From Felis catus (taxonomy: Eukaryota), in assembly GCF_018350175.1 (NCBI RefSeq), contig NC_058368.1:96598001-96662000 (forward strand): a stretch of 64,000 nt of DNA, given 5' to 3'. Under the pieces are notes generated by a model, which was not told the origin of the DNA, searched no databases, and saw only the letters and a list, made by a program, of their open reading frames with translations. Positions 13,067 to 25,283 of the stretch are shown in pieces (within the stretch, counting starts at the first letter, position 1; each line of letters opens with the position of its first letter). The translations under genes were made by a program, and so were the position numbers.

Positions 13067-13266
13067 TTTTTTTTTAAGTTTATTTATTTATTTGGAGAGA
13101 GAGAGAGCACATGAGTGGGGGAGGGATAGAGACAGAGAATCCCAAGCAGACTCCATGCTGTCAGCACAGAGCCCGATGTGGAGCTTAAATCCATGAAATG
13201 TGAGATCATGACCTGAGTCGAAGTCAAGAGCTGGATGCACAACCAAATGAGCCACACAGGCGCCCC
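13067..13266 (-). mobile_element. Can-SINE
   Basis: Reverse-complemented head; flanking repeat agttcttgcac. Confidence 0.95.
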
Positions 13267-13568
13267 TAGTTCTTGCACTGTAAAGTGGTCACGTTTTGCC
13301 TGATTTCATTCAGTTGGGAAAATTAGGACTCTACTTATCTGTGTTTCATATCCTATAGTTATGCTTGCAATCTAGGAAGAAGTTCTAGTTTTTGCATGAA
13401 TTCATTTTGAGAAAAGACAAGAAGATCATACTTATTGTAAGGTGGGTTCTATCATCCATCCACTCATGAATGCTGAGTGACTCCTGCCATGCGCTATACC
13501 AGCCGCAGAGAAATGTACCCCTTCTTCATTTCAACAAGAAATCCAACCCACCGAGCATGTTGTGACAC

Positions 13569-13789
13569 TATTTATTTATTTGTTTCTTTATTTATTTTTG
13601 AGAGAGAAAGAGTGCATGTGAGGGCACGCAGAGGAGGGATGGAAAGAAAGGGAGAAAGAGATAATCCAAGCAGACCCCATGCTGTCAGCACAGAGCCCAA
13701 TACAGGGCTTGAACTCACAAACCATGAGATCATGACCTGAGCAGAAATCAAGATAGAACAATCAACTGACCGAGCCATCCAAGTGCCCC
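13569..13789 (-). mobile_element. Can-SINE
   Basis: Reverse-complemented head; TSD catgttgtga. Confidence 0.95.
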
Positions 13790-14133
13790 ACATGTTGTGA
13801 TCTTAATAATCTTTTTAACTGTAGAATCACAAATCTGTATTAAATAAATCCACTTTCCCCTTGATCAATGTCCTTACTCGGCCATGGATTTTCTTTTACT
13901 TCTATACTTTTCAGGTGCATAGTATTTACCCTCCTGTCCCCGTACTTCTGGTTTCCCTGGGAACTTAAAATTCTTCACCCTTATTACATAGTGCTACTGA
14001 ACTCCACTCCTTTTGTTACTTTACGTGACCTTTGGCATTTTATCCCAGAATCCGACCTTCCCATACCCGTAACTTTCAAAACATATGTTTTCAAAATCCT
14101 TAAAGTACTCTACTTAAGAATACTCATGAATCA

Positions 14134-14342
14134 GGGGCGCCTGGGTGGCTCAGTCAGTTGAGCGTCCAACTTTGGCTCAGGTCTTGATATCACAGTCTGT
14201 GAGTTCCAGCCCCATGTCGGGCTGACAGCTCAGAGCCTGGAGACTGCTTGGGATCCTGTGTCTCCCTCACTCTCTGCCCCTCCCCTGCTCATGCTCTCTC
14301 TCTGCCAAAAATAAATAAACATTTAAAAAAGTTAAAAAAAAA
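14134..14342 (+). mobile_element. Can-SINE
   Basis: TSD aa[t/c]actcatgaatca. Confidence 0.95.
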
Positions 14343-15417
14343 ACACTCATGAATCAAATTTTCTCTAGATCTTTATACACAAAAAAAGACAACTCTGAGT
14401 TGGTGTCTGTCCATAATTATCTCAAATTATCTCAAATTATCTCAAATGAGAAGAAGAGAGCTCCACAATATTATTCTTACCTCTTTTCCTTTATAACAGA
14501 TCTACTGATTTGCTGGTTTTATTCTCTTTAGAATTTATTACTGTACTTCACAGAAAATTCTCTTTTCAGCAATGCATTGTTTTCCAGTCTTCAAATGCAC
14601 GATAAAATTATACCTATGATGTAGATTGCACCTTCTACAAACCTGAAGAGTCACAGAACAAAGCACCAAAACTGAGGAATAGATACAGACTTTCCCTCAT
14701 GCACCTCAAATCCTGCTTTTCTGGGGGGATTCTGGGGAGAAATCAGGCACCCTATTTCTTAAAATAATCTGTAGCAAGGCCTCACCCTACAAAATATAGA
14801 TTCCACTGGAGCTTATTCACAACACAGAAGTGGTCCTAGAATTAATTTTTCTAACATCTGGGATATTCTACAAACCTTTTGGAAAAAGAAAACACATTCT
14901 ATTGAAATGGTATAAATTATTAAGCAGTTAAAATATTTAAAATGTCATTTTTGTATGTTATCCCTCATTAACCAATATTCTTTGTCACTTGAAAAATACA
15001 AGTGTCCTTACATCTCAATTTAGAATTAAATTTGATTACCAAATGACATTATCAATGACTTCTAATTAAAAACATAGGCCTGAAAACTCAACCTAGCATT
15101 TTATTCCCATGTCAGCCAGTAAATGCAAAATTCATGATTTAGCTACATTTCTTTTTTGTCCTTTATCAAAACATATGCCCCAATTTATTAAATGTGATTT
15201 AGACTGATGTAGCTTTTACAATATTGTATCATTTGATAACTATTAGTAATGAAATGTACTGTAATTTAAACCAGGAGATAGCCATTAATCTTTAAAACAA
15301 TGATCACTGACATTTAATAAAATATATTACGTGAAGATCATGCCTTAATTCTACTTCCAATACTGCCTATCACATCTGTTCACCTGTGTACTTTCTCTTA
15401 TAAAATGAATGACAATA

Positions 15418-15641
15418 GGGGCGCCTGGGTGGCGCAGTCGGTTAAGCGTCCGACTTCAGCCAGGTCACGATCTCGCGGTCCGTGAGTTCGAGCCCCGCGT
15501 CGGGCTCTGGGCTGATGGCTCAGAGCCTGGAGCCTGTTTCCGATTCTGTGTATCCCTCTCTCTCTGCCCCTCCCCCGTTCATGCTTTGTCTCTCTCTGTC
15601 CCAAAAATAAATAAAAAACGTTGAAAAAAAAATTAAAAAAA
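15418..15641 (+). mobile_element. Young Can-SINE (SINEC_Fc), intact Pol III A and B boxes
   Basis: Perfect 16-bp TSD aaaatgaatgacaata; CpGs retained; tggcgcagtcgg and gttcgagcc. Confidence 0.98.
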
Positions 15642-16046
15642 AAAATGAATGACAATATACTACTCTTTGGGACTGACGAGTGGTCCAATAAGACTGATGG
15701 GTAATTTAAGTCACAGATCTAATAATTTATTATAAAATTGTAAGGCCATTTCAGTTACGCATGCCCATTATGCAACTCTCAAAGATTAGAAGCTTTCTAC
15801 ATGCAGAGATTGTCTCATGTCCCTGGACTCAACATTTTTTTTTCCCCATTATGTGTCACATACTCAAGGCTACATTAATCACATTTCTCCCCAAATTGGC
15901 CTTACCCTCTGACTACTCTATTTCTTTAAATATGAGTACTTTTCTCCTAGTTATTCAGGCTTGGCCCCTAAAAGCATTGCTTCACTTCTCTCTTTCCTTG
16001 ATATTTAATCATTCTAATTCCTGGGTATCTTTCATGTCAATTTCTT

Positions 16047-16230
16047 CTTCTTTTGGAGAGAGACTACATGACAGTGGGGGAGGGGCAGAGGGAGCCAGAA
16101 AGAGAGAATTTTAGGCAGGCTCCACACCCAGCATGGAGCCCCATGTGGGACTCTATCTCACGACTGAAATCATGACTCGAACTGAAACCAAGAGTCAGAT
16201 GCTTAACTGACTGAGCCACCCAGGTGTCCC
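16047..16230 (-). mobile_element. Older Can-SINE subfamily
   Basis: Reverse-complemented head; TSD tcatgtc[a/c]atttctt. Confidence 0.92.
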
Positions 16231-16537
16231 TCATGTCCATTTCTTTTTTTTTTCTCTGTATATAATACATATATCACATTCATATACAATATTAATATGT
16301 ATACATATATGCAGATCTAGATCTACCACTTTCCAACACTTTGATCCAAGTCTTTGCTCCAGCCAGCCAGCCATTTGTACAACTCCAATTCCTTCCTCAC
16401 CCCCTCACTTCTGTGTTCTCTATGCTCCAATCCAAACTACTTACAAATTGCATATTCTGCTTCTGGCTGTAAAACTCACGTCTTTCCCCTTGCTTCCAAG
16501 CCCCCCGCAGCCCCTCATTGCTTAAAAATAAAATCCA

Positions 16538-16770
16538 GGGGCACCTAGGTGGCTCAGTCGGTTGAGCGTCCGACTTCCACTCAGGTCACGATCTCGCAGT
16601 CCGTGAGTTCGAGCCCTGCGTCAGGCTCTGGGCTGATGGCTCAGAGCCTGGAGCCTGCTTCTGATTCTGTGTCTCCCTCTCTCTCTGCCCCTCCCCGTTC
16701 ATGCTGTCTCTCTCTGTCTCAAAAATAAATAAACGTTAAAAAAATAATAAAATAAAATAAAATAAAAAAA
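16538..16770 (+). mobile_element. Can-SINE, relatively young
   Basis: TSD aaaataaaatcca; (aaaat)n tail. Confidence 0.97.
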
Positions 16771-17233
16771 TAAAATAAAATCCAAACTCATGAACCTAGC
16801 ACTCAAGGTGTGACATGATGTGAACCCAAATTTCTTCATATTGTTTAAGATGCAAGTCATAACAACTTTCCCTTAATCATGCCCTTGCTTGTGCTCCTTT
16901 TTGTGTTTGTGTTCTTTGCCATCCCTTGTACAGTTAAAACTCTCTAAGCTCTTCTTTTACCATCTGTTCTTCAAGTTTTGTTCTTCAAGTTTTGTTTGCT
17001 CTCTCGCATGAATGAACCCTCTAGATGAGGGCTCTCCCATAAACTCGTAAAAACCTTCATGTTTGCGTTCCATATGAAACATTATGGCCTTTCCCCCAGT
17101 CTTCCATGTTAGATTTATAGCCCCCAAAGCAACTGATATCACGTTCTTTTCTTTATCTAGCACAGAGCACAGAGCAACTAGTCCAATAGATGCATAAAGG
17201 GGACGTGTATGAAATAGCAGCCTACGTGGAAGC

Positions 17234-17440
17234 CAGGGATCAGCCAAGTATGGCCCATGGGCCAATTAGGGTCTCCCCCCACCCGTTTTTGCAAATTAAT
17301 TTTTGGGGGGACACAGTCATGTGTATTTGTTTATGTGTTGCCTGTCTGCACTGGCACAGCAGAGTTGGGTGGCCACCACAGAAACTCTACGGTGCACAAA
17401 AATGAAAATATTTTAGGCTTTATAGAAAAGACCCTTTACC
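17234..17440 (+). mobile_element. MER58A-like MITE
   Basis: cagggatcagccaagtatggcccatgggccaa start; ggcacagcagagttg. Confidence 0.75.
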
Positions 17441-18479
17441 AAAAAAGTGGGCAGACTTCCGATAGAATTCAGAGAAGGAAGGTAGGAAAACATGAGCTCT
17501 ATTTGAGTGCCTGAAGAGACTCCCTAAAGGGCGTCCACTTCTGATCCTTTTTCCTTTCTGTCACTACTGTCCCCGTGACCCCTGGCATAATCGCCAATTC
17601 TTCAGGCAAGGCTATCCTTGGCTAAGCCACCTGAAGCTGGGTTTTTGCAAGATGTTTAAGAGCACACCAGTGTAAAGGCACTTCCATTGAGACACCACTG
17701 GTAAGCTTTTGCAGTCAATGTTTAGAACATCTGCAGCTCCTGACATATGGCCGCTGGCAGGAAGGAGCTGCCAGTCAGAACTAACCTATGCATTTCACCA
17801 CCTTAGGATGCGGGCTAAGAAGGTGTACAGCGGTCCAGACCACCATGGAAAATGTCCCAGTTAACCCTTAGAAGCCATCTTGGGGAGGAAATTATTCTCA
17901 GTATGCCAACAGAGTACGTTTTGCTGATTCATTCTGTCAAAATAAAAGTGGATCTTGGCAACTTCACAACTTTTTTTTTTTAAGGTCTTATCTAAGTAAG
18001 GGATTAAAAATAACACTTTTTACATGGGAACTGAAATAATTATTTTTGTACTTTTGTATTCATAGCTCCCCAAGTATATCACAGTGTGTTCGTATACATA
18101 TTTATACATAAATCTTGTTAAGTATTCTCATCTGAAATCTAAAAATTCATAGGCTTATATATATTCCAATTTAAATTCTGGGTAGAAATTGCAGGGTTTT
18201 TTTTTTTTTTGGATTATCTTAGCTACATATAGCTTGATACTCATGTATTTATTCAGTGAATATTTCTTAGGAACAATCATGTTCCAGACATCATGGAAAT
18301 CACATGGCAAGGCAAAAAGAGCACCAGATTTTCTCACAGTTATAACAGGGTTTGAATCCCACCTCCATAAGCTGAGCGAATATAGATTAGTTATTTAATG
18401 TCTTTGAGACAAAATTAAGTTTTTTTGGAAAATGTGAAACTATGATGTTTTTTTCTGAGTTGTTAGAATTGTGTCTGGT

Positions 18480-18950
18480 GGCTGTGTTAGCCTGTCTGGC
18501 ATGTATCTCCTTCAGGCTCTGCCTTCCACTAAGAGCTGGTCTCATGTCCTGAACATAGAGCTGATCGATAGAACCTGCCTGGACCAATTAGCATAACCTC
18601 ATCCTCCTGGGAAATTTCTAAGGTTGAGCATTTGTCCAAAGTCAAGACAATCCCAGAATCATTGCCACTACAACTGAGGCAAGTGCCTCTTTGCCTAACA
18701 GATCACAAAACTAGAAGAGAACAATATCTGTAGATGTCAGTGAAAAAGTCCCACCAAGTAGAAAAAGACTGTGTGTGGCAGGGGACAATAAAGCTAACAT
18801 AAATCATGGTTGGAGAGAGACTCGAGTTCTCCCTTGGTTCCAGTCCCTAGGTCCCCAGGGCTATCTCTGCAAGATACAGAGATACTTCCAATACATCCCC
18901 TTCCTGCTGTAGTTTTTTTTTTGTAATTTGAACCCTGACTGATTTAATAC
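18480..18950 (+). mobile_element. Old MLT1 (J/K-like) LTR
   Basis: cctggaccaattagcat, aatacatccccttcctgct...cctgactgat. Confidence 0.5.
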
Positions 18951-19899
18951 AGAAATCCTTCCCAAAGCACAAAGGAAGTGCACAACAAATATTAGTTACC
19001 TGATTCTACCTCCTGATTTAGTGGCTTCCATTTTTAGACAGCAGAGATTTTGTTTCTTTTGTTTATTCCCAACACCTAGACCAGTGCTTGATACATAGTG
19101 GGAAAATAATAAATATTTACCGAGTGAACTAATGCACGACTAAATAACTATGGCACCAACACACTGAGTATTATAGTGGACACTTAAAGACACGTAAGAG
19201 AATCAAGAGGAAATTTACCTAAACAGGTATTTGCAAGGATTATAGATAAAATACTCATGAGTGCCTTGTAGGAAACTCATGAAATTGTTAATATAATAGG
19301 TATTAGTTGTACCCATGATACTCAAAAAGCAAAAAATGCCAATGAACTCTATTTTTCTAAAGTAGGGCAAATCTGGCTGTCACAACTTACATACCAGAGT
19401 TATCACAAGGCTTAAAGTTAGGCACTACTTGGGCTCCTTTTTCTCTGTCAGATCACACAGAATACCCAGGCTTAGGATATCCTGGAAGATTAAAACAGGA
19501 GGGTCCTGGCCTCAGGCCAGTGTCATTGTGTTACATGAGGTCCTGCAATGCAGTGCCTCTCTTGCACTCTTGTCTGTCACCACCTCCTGGACTCTATCCC
19601 TCCGAGTCCTGCCACAGTGCCCACTCAGCACATCTAGTCACATACCTCTGAGGTGCAGCATTTGGCCAGAGCTCTGGTCTATACCACCTGAATAATCCTA
19701 CTAACTGTCCTTTTCCCATCAGATAGAAGCCTCCTCCGTAGAGGAACATACTTTTCCACTGTAACATACCACCTTTTTTTTCCTTCTCTTTCTTAGGTAA
19801 CATGAAGATTGAATGCCCAAGTAGGATTTAGCCAGACGTTCAAAAATGGCATGACTCAACCTAGAACATGAAGCTGTACTCTTTAAAGAAAGAACAATT

Positions 19900-20006
19900 T
19901 CCTCTTTTTCCTTCTTCTTTCTTTCTTTCTTTTTCTTTCTTTCTTCTCTCCTCTCCTCTCCTCTCCCTCTCCCCTCCCTCTCTTCCCTCCTCCCTCCCTT
20001 CCTTTC
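19900..20006. repeat. Polypyrimidine/polypurine compound microsatellite
   Basis: (ttct)n(ctcct)n(ccct)n, pure pyrimidine on the + strand. Confidence 0.95.
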
Positions 20007-20736
20007 TATTATCACTCCATTGGTCATCAGACAAGAAACACATCCTCGGTCAAATTTTTCTAGCACTTGCTTGTGAGAACACTGCTCTTCTGCATTAATG
20101 TCATTGGTATCAGTGTGATGACGATCACGATAAGATTAATTCAGGAAAACTGCACACAAATGTGGATCTGTCCATTTCTTAGCTATGGATATGGAAGAAA
20201 ATATCTATTATGCTCCCTTTTCCCCCAGAGAAACAATGCTACAAGGGATTAGAGTTGTTGTCAGTTTGAATTCAGTAGAACAAGAAGATTTCTCCTGCCA
20301 CTTCACGAATTTGAGACGGAAGTGTTCACATTCTGTTCAGGCAGAGGTAGGCATCATTAGTCTAAACCTTCCCAAAGAGAAAGGGAAGAAGGCTTGACCT
20401 CATCAAAATAAAGAAGGCATGAGCAGAAAGCATTCCACACATACACAGAGAAGCTCTAGGCTCCTTGTTCATTTCAAATCTGACATAGTTGAGGGCTCTC
20501 GGGTATCATCCAGCTTTAATACTTTTTAGCTGAAAGCTTCTTTAGCTGGAGGCTTAACTGCCAACCCACTGTCAGCCCAACTATTTGTCATGTCAGCTGG
20601 TGATAAGCAATTACTGACACATGAATCCGGTATTGCTCCCTCTCAGCCCTGACCCTTTGCTGAGTTTCAGTAACGTTACTTAAGCCACACGCACTAGGCC
20701 TAGGCTACCTGGGGTAAAAGAGAAATTGAAGTTTTC

Positions 20737-20824
20737 GCAATATATGTAAATCAAACCATCATGCTGTATGCCTTAAACTTCTGGAGTAAGCTGTGTCAAT
20801 TATTTCTCAATACACTGGAAGAAA
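20737..20824 (+). mobile_element. Extremely 5'-truncated L1 3' terminus (L1MA9/L1_Carn-like)
   Basis: aaatcaaaccatcatgctgtatgccttaaactt...gtcaattatttctcaata. Confidence 0.75.
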
Positions 20825-22289
20825 TGAAGGACTAGAATGCATTGAAAGGGACCACAGCCTTTTAGGTTATAATTTATTAGGATCAGGAGAGACATTAACA
20901 TCAATAGACTTAACACCTACTTGATGGGAAATTTATTTCTGAGAAAAAGCTCCTCCCCTCCCTTAGAGCAAGGCAGAGGCATTTCCCCCCCTAGAAGGAA
21001 ACACTGCCAAGGGACTCAATAATAAATGTAGATAATCCATTAGCAAAATCACAGATTCTCTATCTTTGGGACAGAGAAAGTGCTTTTAAAATAGGGGGAA
21101 AGAAGGGCTCAGTATCCATATATGTGGAAATTGCCCAAATCAGCCAAGAGATTGATAACCCTCTCTTTAAACTCAATTTTGACTCATTAGCCACTTTGCT
21201 ATAGAAATGAAACAAGAATATCTAACCCGTAAAGTGATGTACCTTTCCTAAAATTATCACGGCCTTAAAATAGCACTGGCCTTTCCATCCTAACGTACTA
21301 TTTTCTCTTTTTATTACAGTTAGAAATTCATGAGATGTGATTAATCCTGAACTATTTTCTGTTCCCTTTAACATATGTATTATTAAAATGAACTATCAGA
21401 GATTTAAATATGTTACATACTTTGTAAAGTGTTGCTTTGTATTATTTAAAAAACTCAATAATTTGATCGGTCAGTGAGGGAGGGAAATGAAATTGCTTGA
21501 ACCCAATCCTTGTTTTAGAATACATAGAAGACTTAAGTGTTGTATTTACTAAACATACCAGCTATTAAATCTTACCATCTTGCTCTTGTTTCAAAAGCAG
21601 CAACACAAAAATCATAGAATTATTTCATTGTCTGGACAAGATTTAGATGAGTTATAAAATGGTGCAAAATTGGCATGTTTTACTAAAACCTGCAAGCCAG
21701 CTTTGAAGATCAAAAACACTTATTTGCAAAAATTAAACTCAAATTGCATAGCACGCTAGATGATGATTAAAGTGATATATATTCGAAGTGTAGTTCCTTA
21801 AGGACAACCCGCCATAAAGTCTCTGAACCAGGCAAAAGTACTGTTTTAATCTATAATCTTGCTACATAAGATTTTACATACACTCTTTTTTTTATGCAGT
21901 AAGAAAACACAGCTGCAATTCACACAATGACAAAATGAAATAACCAGCATCTGCTTCCTCCAATCCTGAGCATGCCTTAGGTTCCAACTGAAGATATGGT
22001 AAACATACCTTTATGGAAATGAGACCTGTATTTACTTTGGCCAGTAATAACAAAGTGCTTGCTTGGCCAACACGTCTACAAACCACTGCCAGTTGTTAAA
22101 TCTCAGCTAGCGCTTAACTGCAGGGAGAAGAGCATAAACATTTGCAAAATATTTGCCTTGCAATATTATTTGCCATATGGATTTGACTCAAGAGGTTATG
22201 AATGCACTTGTATAAGTTTTTAAAATATTTTGCTCCGTCACTGCAAATATAGTCTTTGTTTTTTAACCTAACCTTAGCTGAATAAGCTC

Positions 22290-22291
<2 letters not shown>

Positions 22292-22323
<32 letters not shown>

Positions 22324-22329
22324 TGTGTG
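22292..22329. repeat. (TG)n microsatellite
   Basis: Read directly. Confidence 0.98.
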
Positions 22330-22669
22330 AACGTACTTGTAAAATAAATGTTTACTCACAAAGAATGTTTCACTTAGACTCATTAAAGCCGGTTTTAATT
22401 TAATCAGGAGTATGTTTATTGAGGGCATTTTAATAAATTAAATTGTTCTAGTTTCAGTATCATAATGTAATATGCCTAATAACTTTTATATATAACTGGG
22501 ATGGACTACTTTGCAGCTTGATCTGCAACTTTCAGTTTGCAGTGTGAGATGCAGGAGCCCACCATATAGAAATGAAAGCAAGAGACTGACTCCTTTCTAA
22601 GGCTCCATGTCCTGTGATTTCTATGTTAAAGAATTCCTTAGAATTCTCCGTAAGAGAGTCCTCAGCAGA

Positions 22670-23660
22670 CTATTAAGAGTCTTTTGTGGGTCCATACAAA
22701 TTTTAAGATTGTTTGTTCTAGCTCTGTGAAGAATGCTGGTGTTATTTGGGTAGGGATTGGTTGAATGCGTAGATTGCTTTGGGTAGTATCAACATTTTGA
22801 CATTTGGGTTCTTTCCACAATTCGGCTATTGTTGATTCTGCTGCTATAAACATTGGGATGCGTGTGCCCCTTCGAATCACGAGTTTTGTATCCTTTGGGT
22901 AAACTCCTAGTAGCGCAATTTCTGGGTTGTAGGGCAGTTTCATTTTTAATTTTTTGAGGAACCTCCATCCTGTTTTCCAGAGTGGCTGCACCAGTTTGCA
23001 TTCCACCAGCAGTGCAAAAGGTTTCCCCTTTCTCCACACCCTTGCCAATATCTATTGTTTCCCAAGTTGTTAATTTTAGCCATTCTGACAGGTATGAGGT
23101 GGTATCTCATTGTGGTTTTGATTTGTATTTCCCTGATGATGAGTGATGTGGAGTATTTTTTCATGTGTCGGCCATCTGGATGTCTTCTTCGGAGAAGTGT
23201 CTATTCATGTCTTCTGCCCATTAATGAATGAATAAAGAAGACATGATATGTATACACAATGCAATACTATTCAGTGATGAAAAAGAATGAAATCCTGCCA
23301 TTTTAAGCAACATGGATGGAACTAGAGATTATCATCTTAGTGAAATAAGTCAGAGAAAGACAAATATCATATGATTGCCCTCATGTGGAATTTGAGAAAC
23401 TCAATAGATGAACATAGGGCTAGGGAGGGAAAAATAAGATAAAAACAAAGAGGGAGGCAAACCATAAGAGACTCTTAAAAACAGAGAACAAATTGAGGGT
23501 CACTGGAAGGTGGCGGGGAGAGCGGGTTAAATTCATGACAGGCATTAAGGAGGGCACTTTTCAGGATGAGCACTGGGTGTCATGTGTAAAACATGGATCA
23601 CTGGTTTCTACTCCTGAAGCCAAGACTAAACTGTAAGTTACCTAACTTGAATGTAAATTT

Positions 23661-23663
<3 letters not shown>
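22670..23663 (+). mobile_element. 5'-inverted carnivore L1: antisense ORF2 pieces 22670-23220, sense 3' UTR 23221-23663
   Basis: Minus-strand ORFs give L1 ORF2 peptides [19 protein letters not shown] and AFFTELEQTILKFVW; the plus strand gives 3' UTR aaccataagagactctta and ggatgagcactgggtg. Confidence 0.93.

Positions 23664-23706
<43 letters not shown>
23663..23706. repeat. (GA)n microsatellite at the L1 3' junction
   Basis: Read directly. Confidence 0.98.
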
Positions 23707-23710
<4 letters not shown>

Positions 23711-24744
23711 TCCTGAGCAGAAAGTACAGCCTGACTTGGTCCTATCTTAGTGCCTTAACTATGAAAGTGGCCATTGGCTATTGCCTGCAGACTGTAAGCT
23801 GGTCTCAGCAGACTATGGCTGAAGCACAGTAGCTAATCCCCAATGCCCTGCTGCTGCTTTTGCACTTGTGGTAGGGCATAATTTCACCCAGAGAAATAGT
23901 AGCAGTGCCTCAGCTTTAAATTCAGCAAAAATTAAACTCAGATAAAACTGACCAGTGCACTCAGGACTGAAAGGTCTTAAGATTGCTTCCTTTAGCCATT
24001 CTCCCAAGGTAAGAGTCGCAGTGGGATCCGAGCTAGTTCTTCTAGAAAGAGCTAGAGCATAAGATCCATAAACAGATAAGAGAGTCTCATGAGGCAAAGA
24101 CTTTATCTGTCTGCTCTCTACTATAACTTCTGCATATGAAGCAGAAATTGTGTGATTGTAGACATTCAGATATTTGGGGGGAGGAAAGGATTTGGCATGC
24201 AATGCTCTCATGACTGTGCTCTATCCACTGGGAAACGTGTCTCTAATGAACAATGTTTCAAACAGTGGGGCTCTCTATGAAAGGTGCTTCCAGAGCATAA
24301 TGACTAATATTCAGTCCCCTTGTTCCAAGTATTATGAGGAATGGCAAAATATTACAGCCCTACGTAATGCTTACTATTGAACTTATTTCTTTCAGATTCT
24401 TCCAGAAGAGGTGATAGTAGTCCAGACACACTGATGCCCATTCATCTCCTCCAGCTCAGTACCAAAGTCACTCTGCTGGACACTGTTGCACATAATGCCA
24501 CTGGGCCATGAACACGACAATACAGTGCATCTAGATAAAGCCTCCTAACTCTAGATCTCAAGGAGGAGAGATGAGATATGTATTATCATCCCCTTTCCTC
24601 CTAGGTAAACCCTGAGTTCCAAGCACAATTTACCCAAGCTTCTCTTCACAGATCTACATGCTGAAAACAGAGGACTTATTTTCCCAAGTGAAATCTGTGT
24701 TTCTTTGACATCTAACACCTTAGGGAGCAACCTCACACCTATGG

Positions 24745-25239
24745 TAGTTGTCTGTTTCTATGTAAGACGCTACCCCTAAACCACAAACATGTATTATATC
24801 ACACAGTTTCATGTGGTTAGGAGCACATTCATGGTGTGGAAATAGATTTCCTCTGAGCCTAGTACAATCAGCCTCCAGATAAGACTGCAGCTCTGGCCAA
24901 CAGTTTGACTTCAACCTTAAATGGGTGTTCACTTACACTGTTATTGGCAGGTCACAGTCCCTCAACATATGGGCCTCTCCACGGAGCTGCCCCTCAAAAT
25001 TGCAGTTGGCTCCCCCTGGAGCAAACATTCCATGAAAGAATAAGAGAAAACACTCAAGACAGAAGTCATAGATATTTTGTGACTATATCTTGGAAGTGAC
25101 ATCCTATTATAGCACCAGCTCCAAGTTCAGAATCATCATCTAAATCAGTGCCATGTGTGAAGAGGCTCCTTGGGCGGTATACCTCACATATAGCCTCTAT
25201 CCATCTGTAGAGCTGTGCAACCAGAGAGATAAATTGTCC

Positions 25240-25283
<44 letters not shown>

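Noticed and set aside
14414..14447. Short tandem units, e.g. (aattatctca)x3; others near 3468, 6579, 16968, 44030, 46365 and 51025
   Set aside because: Ordinary slippage duplications; no spacer-repeat array or CRISPR-like organisation.
15418..15500. SINE heads as tRNA genes
   Set aside because: tRNA-derived A/B boxes are followed by the SINE body and A tail with TSDs.
20110..20220. Box C-like gtgatga suggesting a C/D snoRNA
   Set aside because: No appropriately placed CTGA D box or terminal stem.
22662..23164. ORFs with real protein similarity
   Set aside because: They are frameshifted L1 ORF2 C-terminal fragments, not a host gene.
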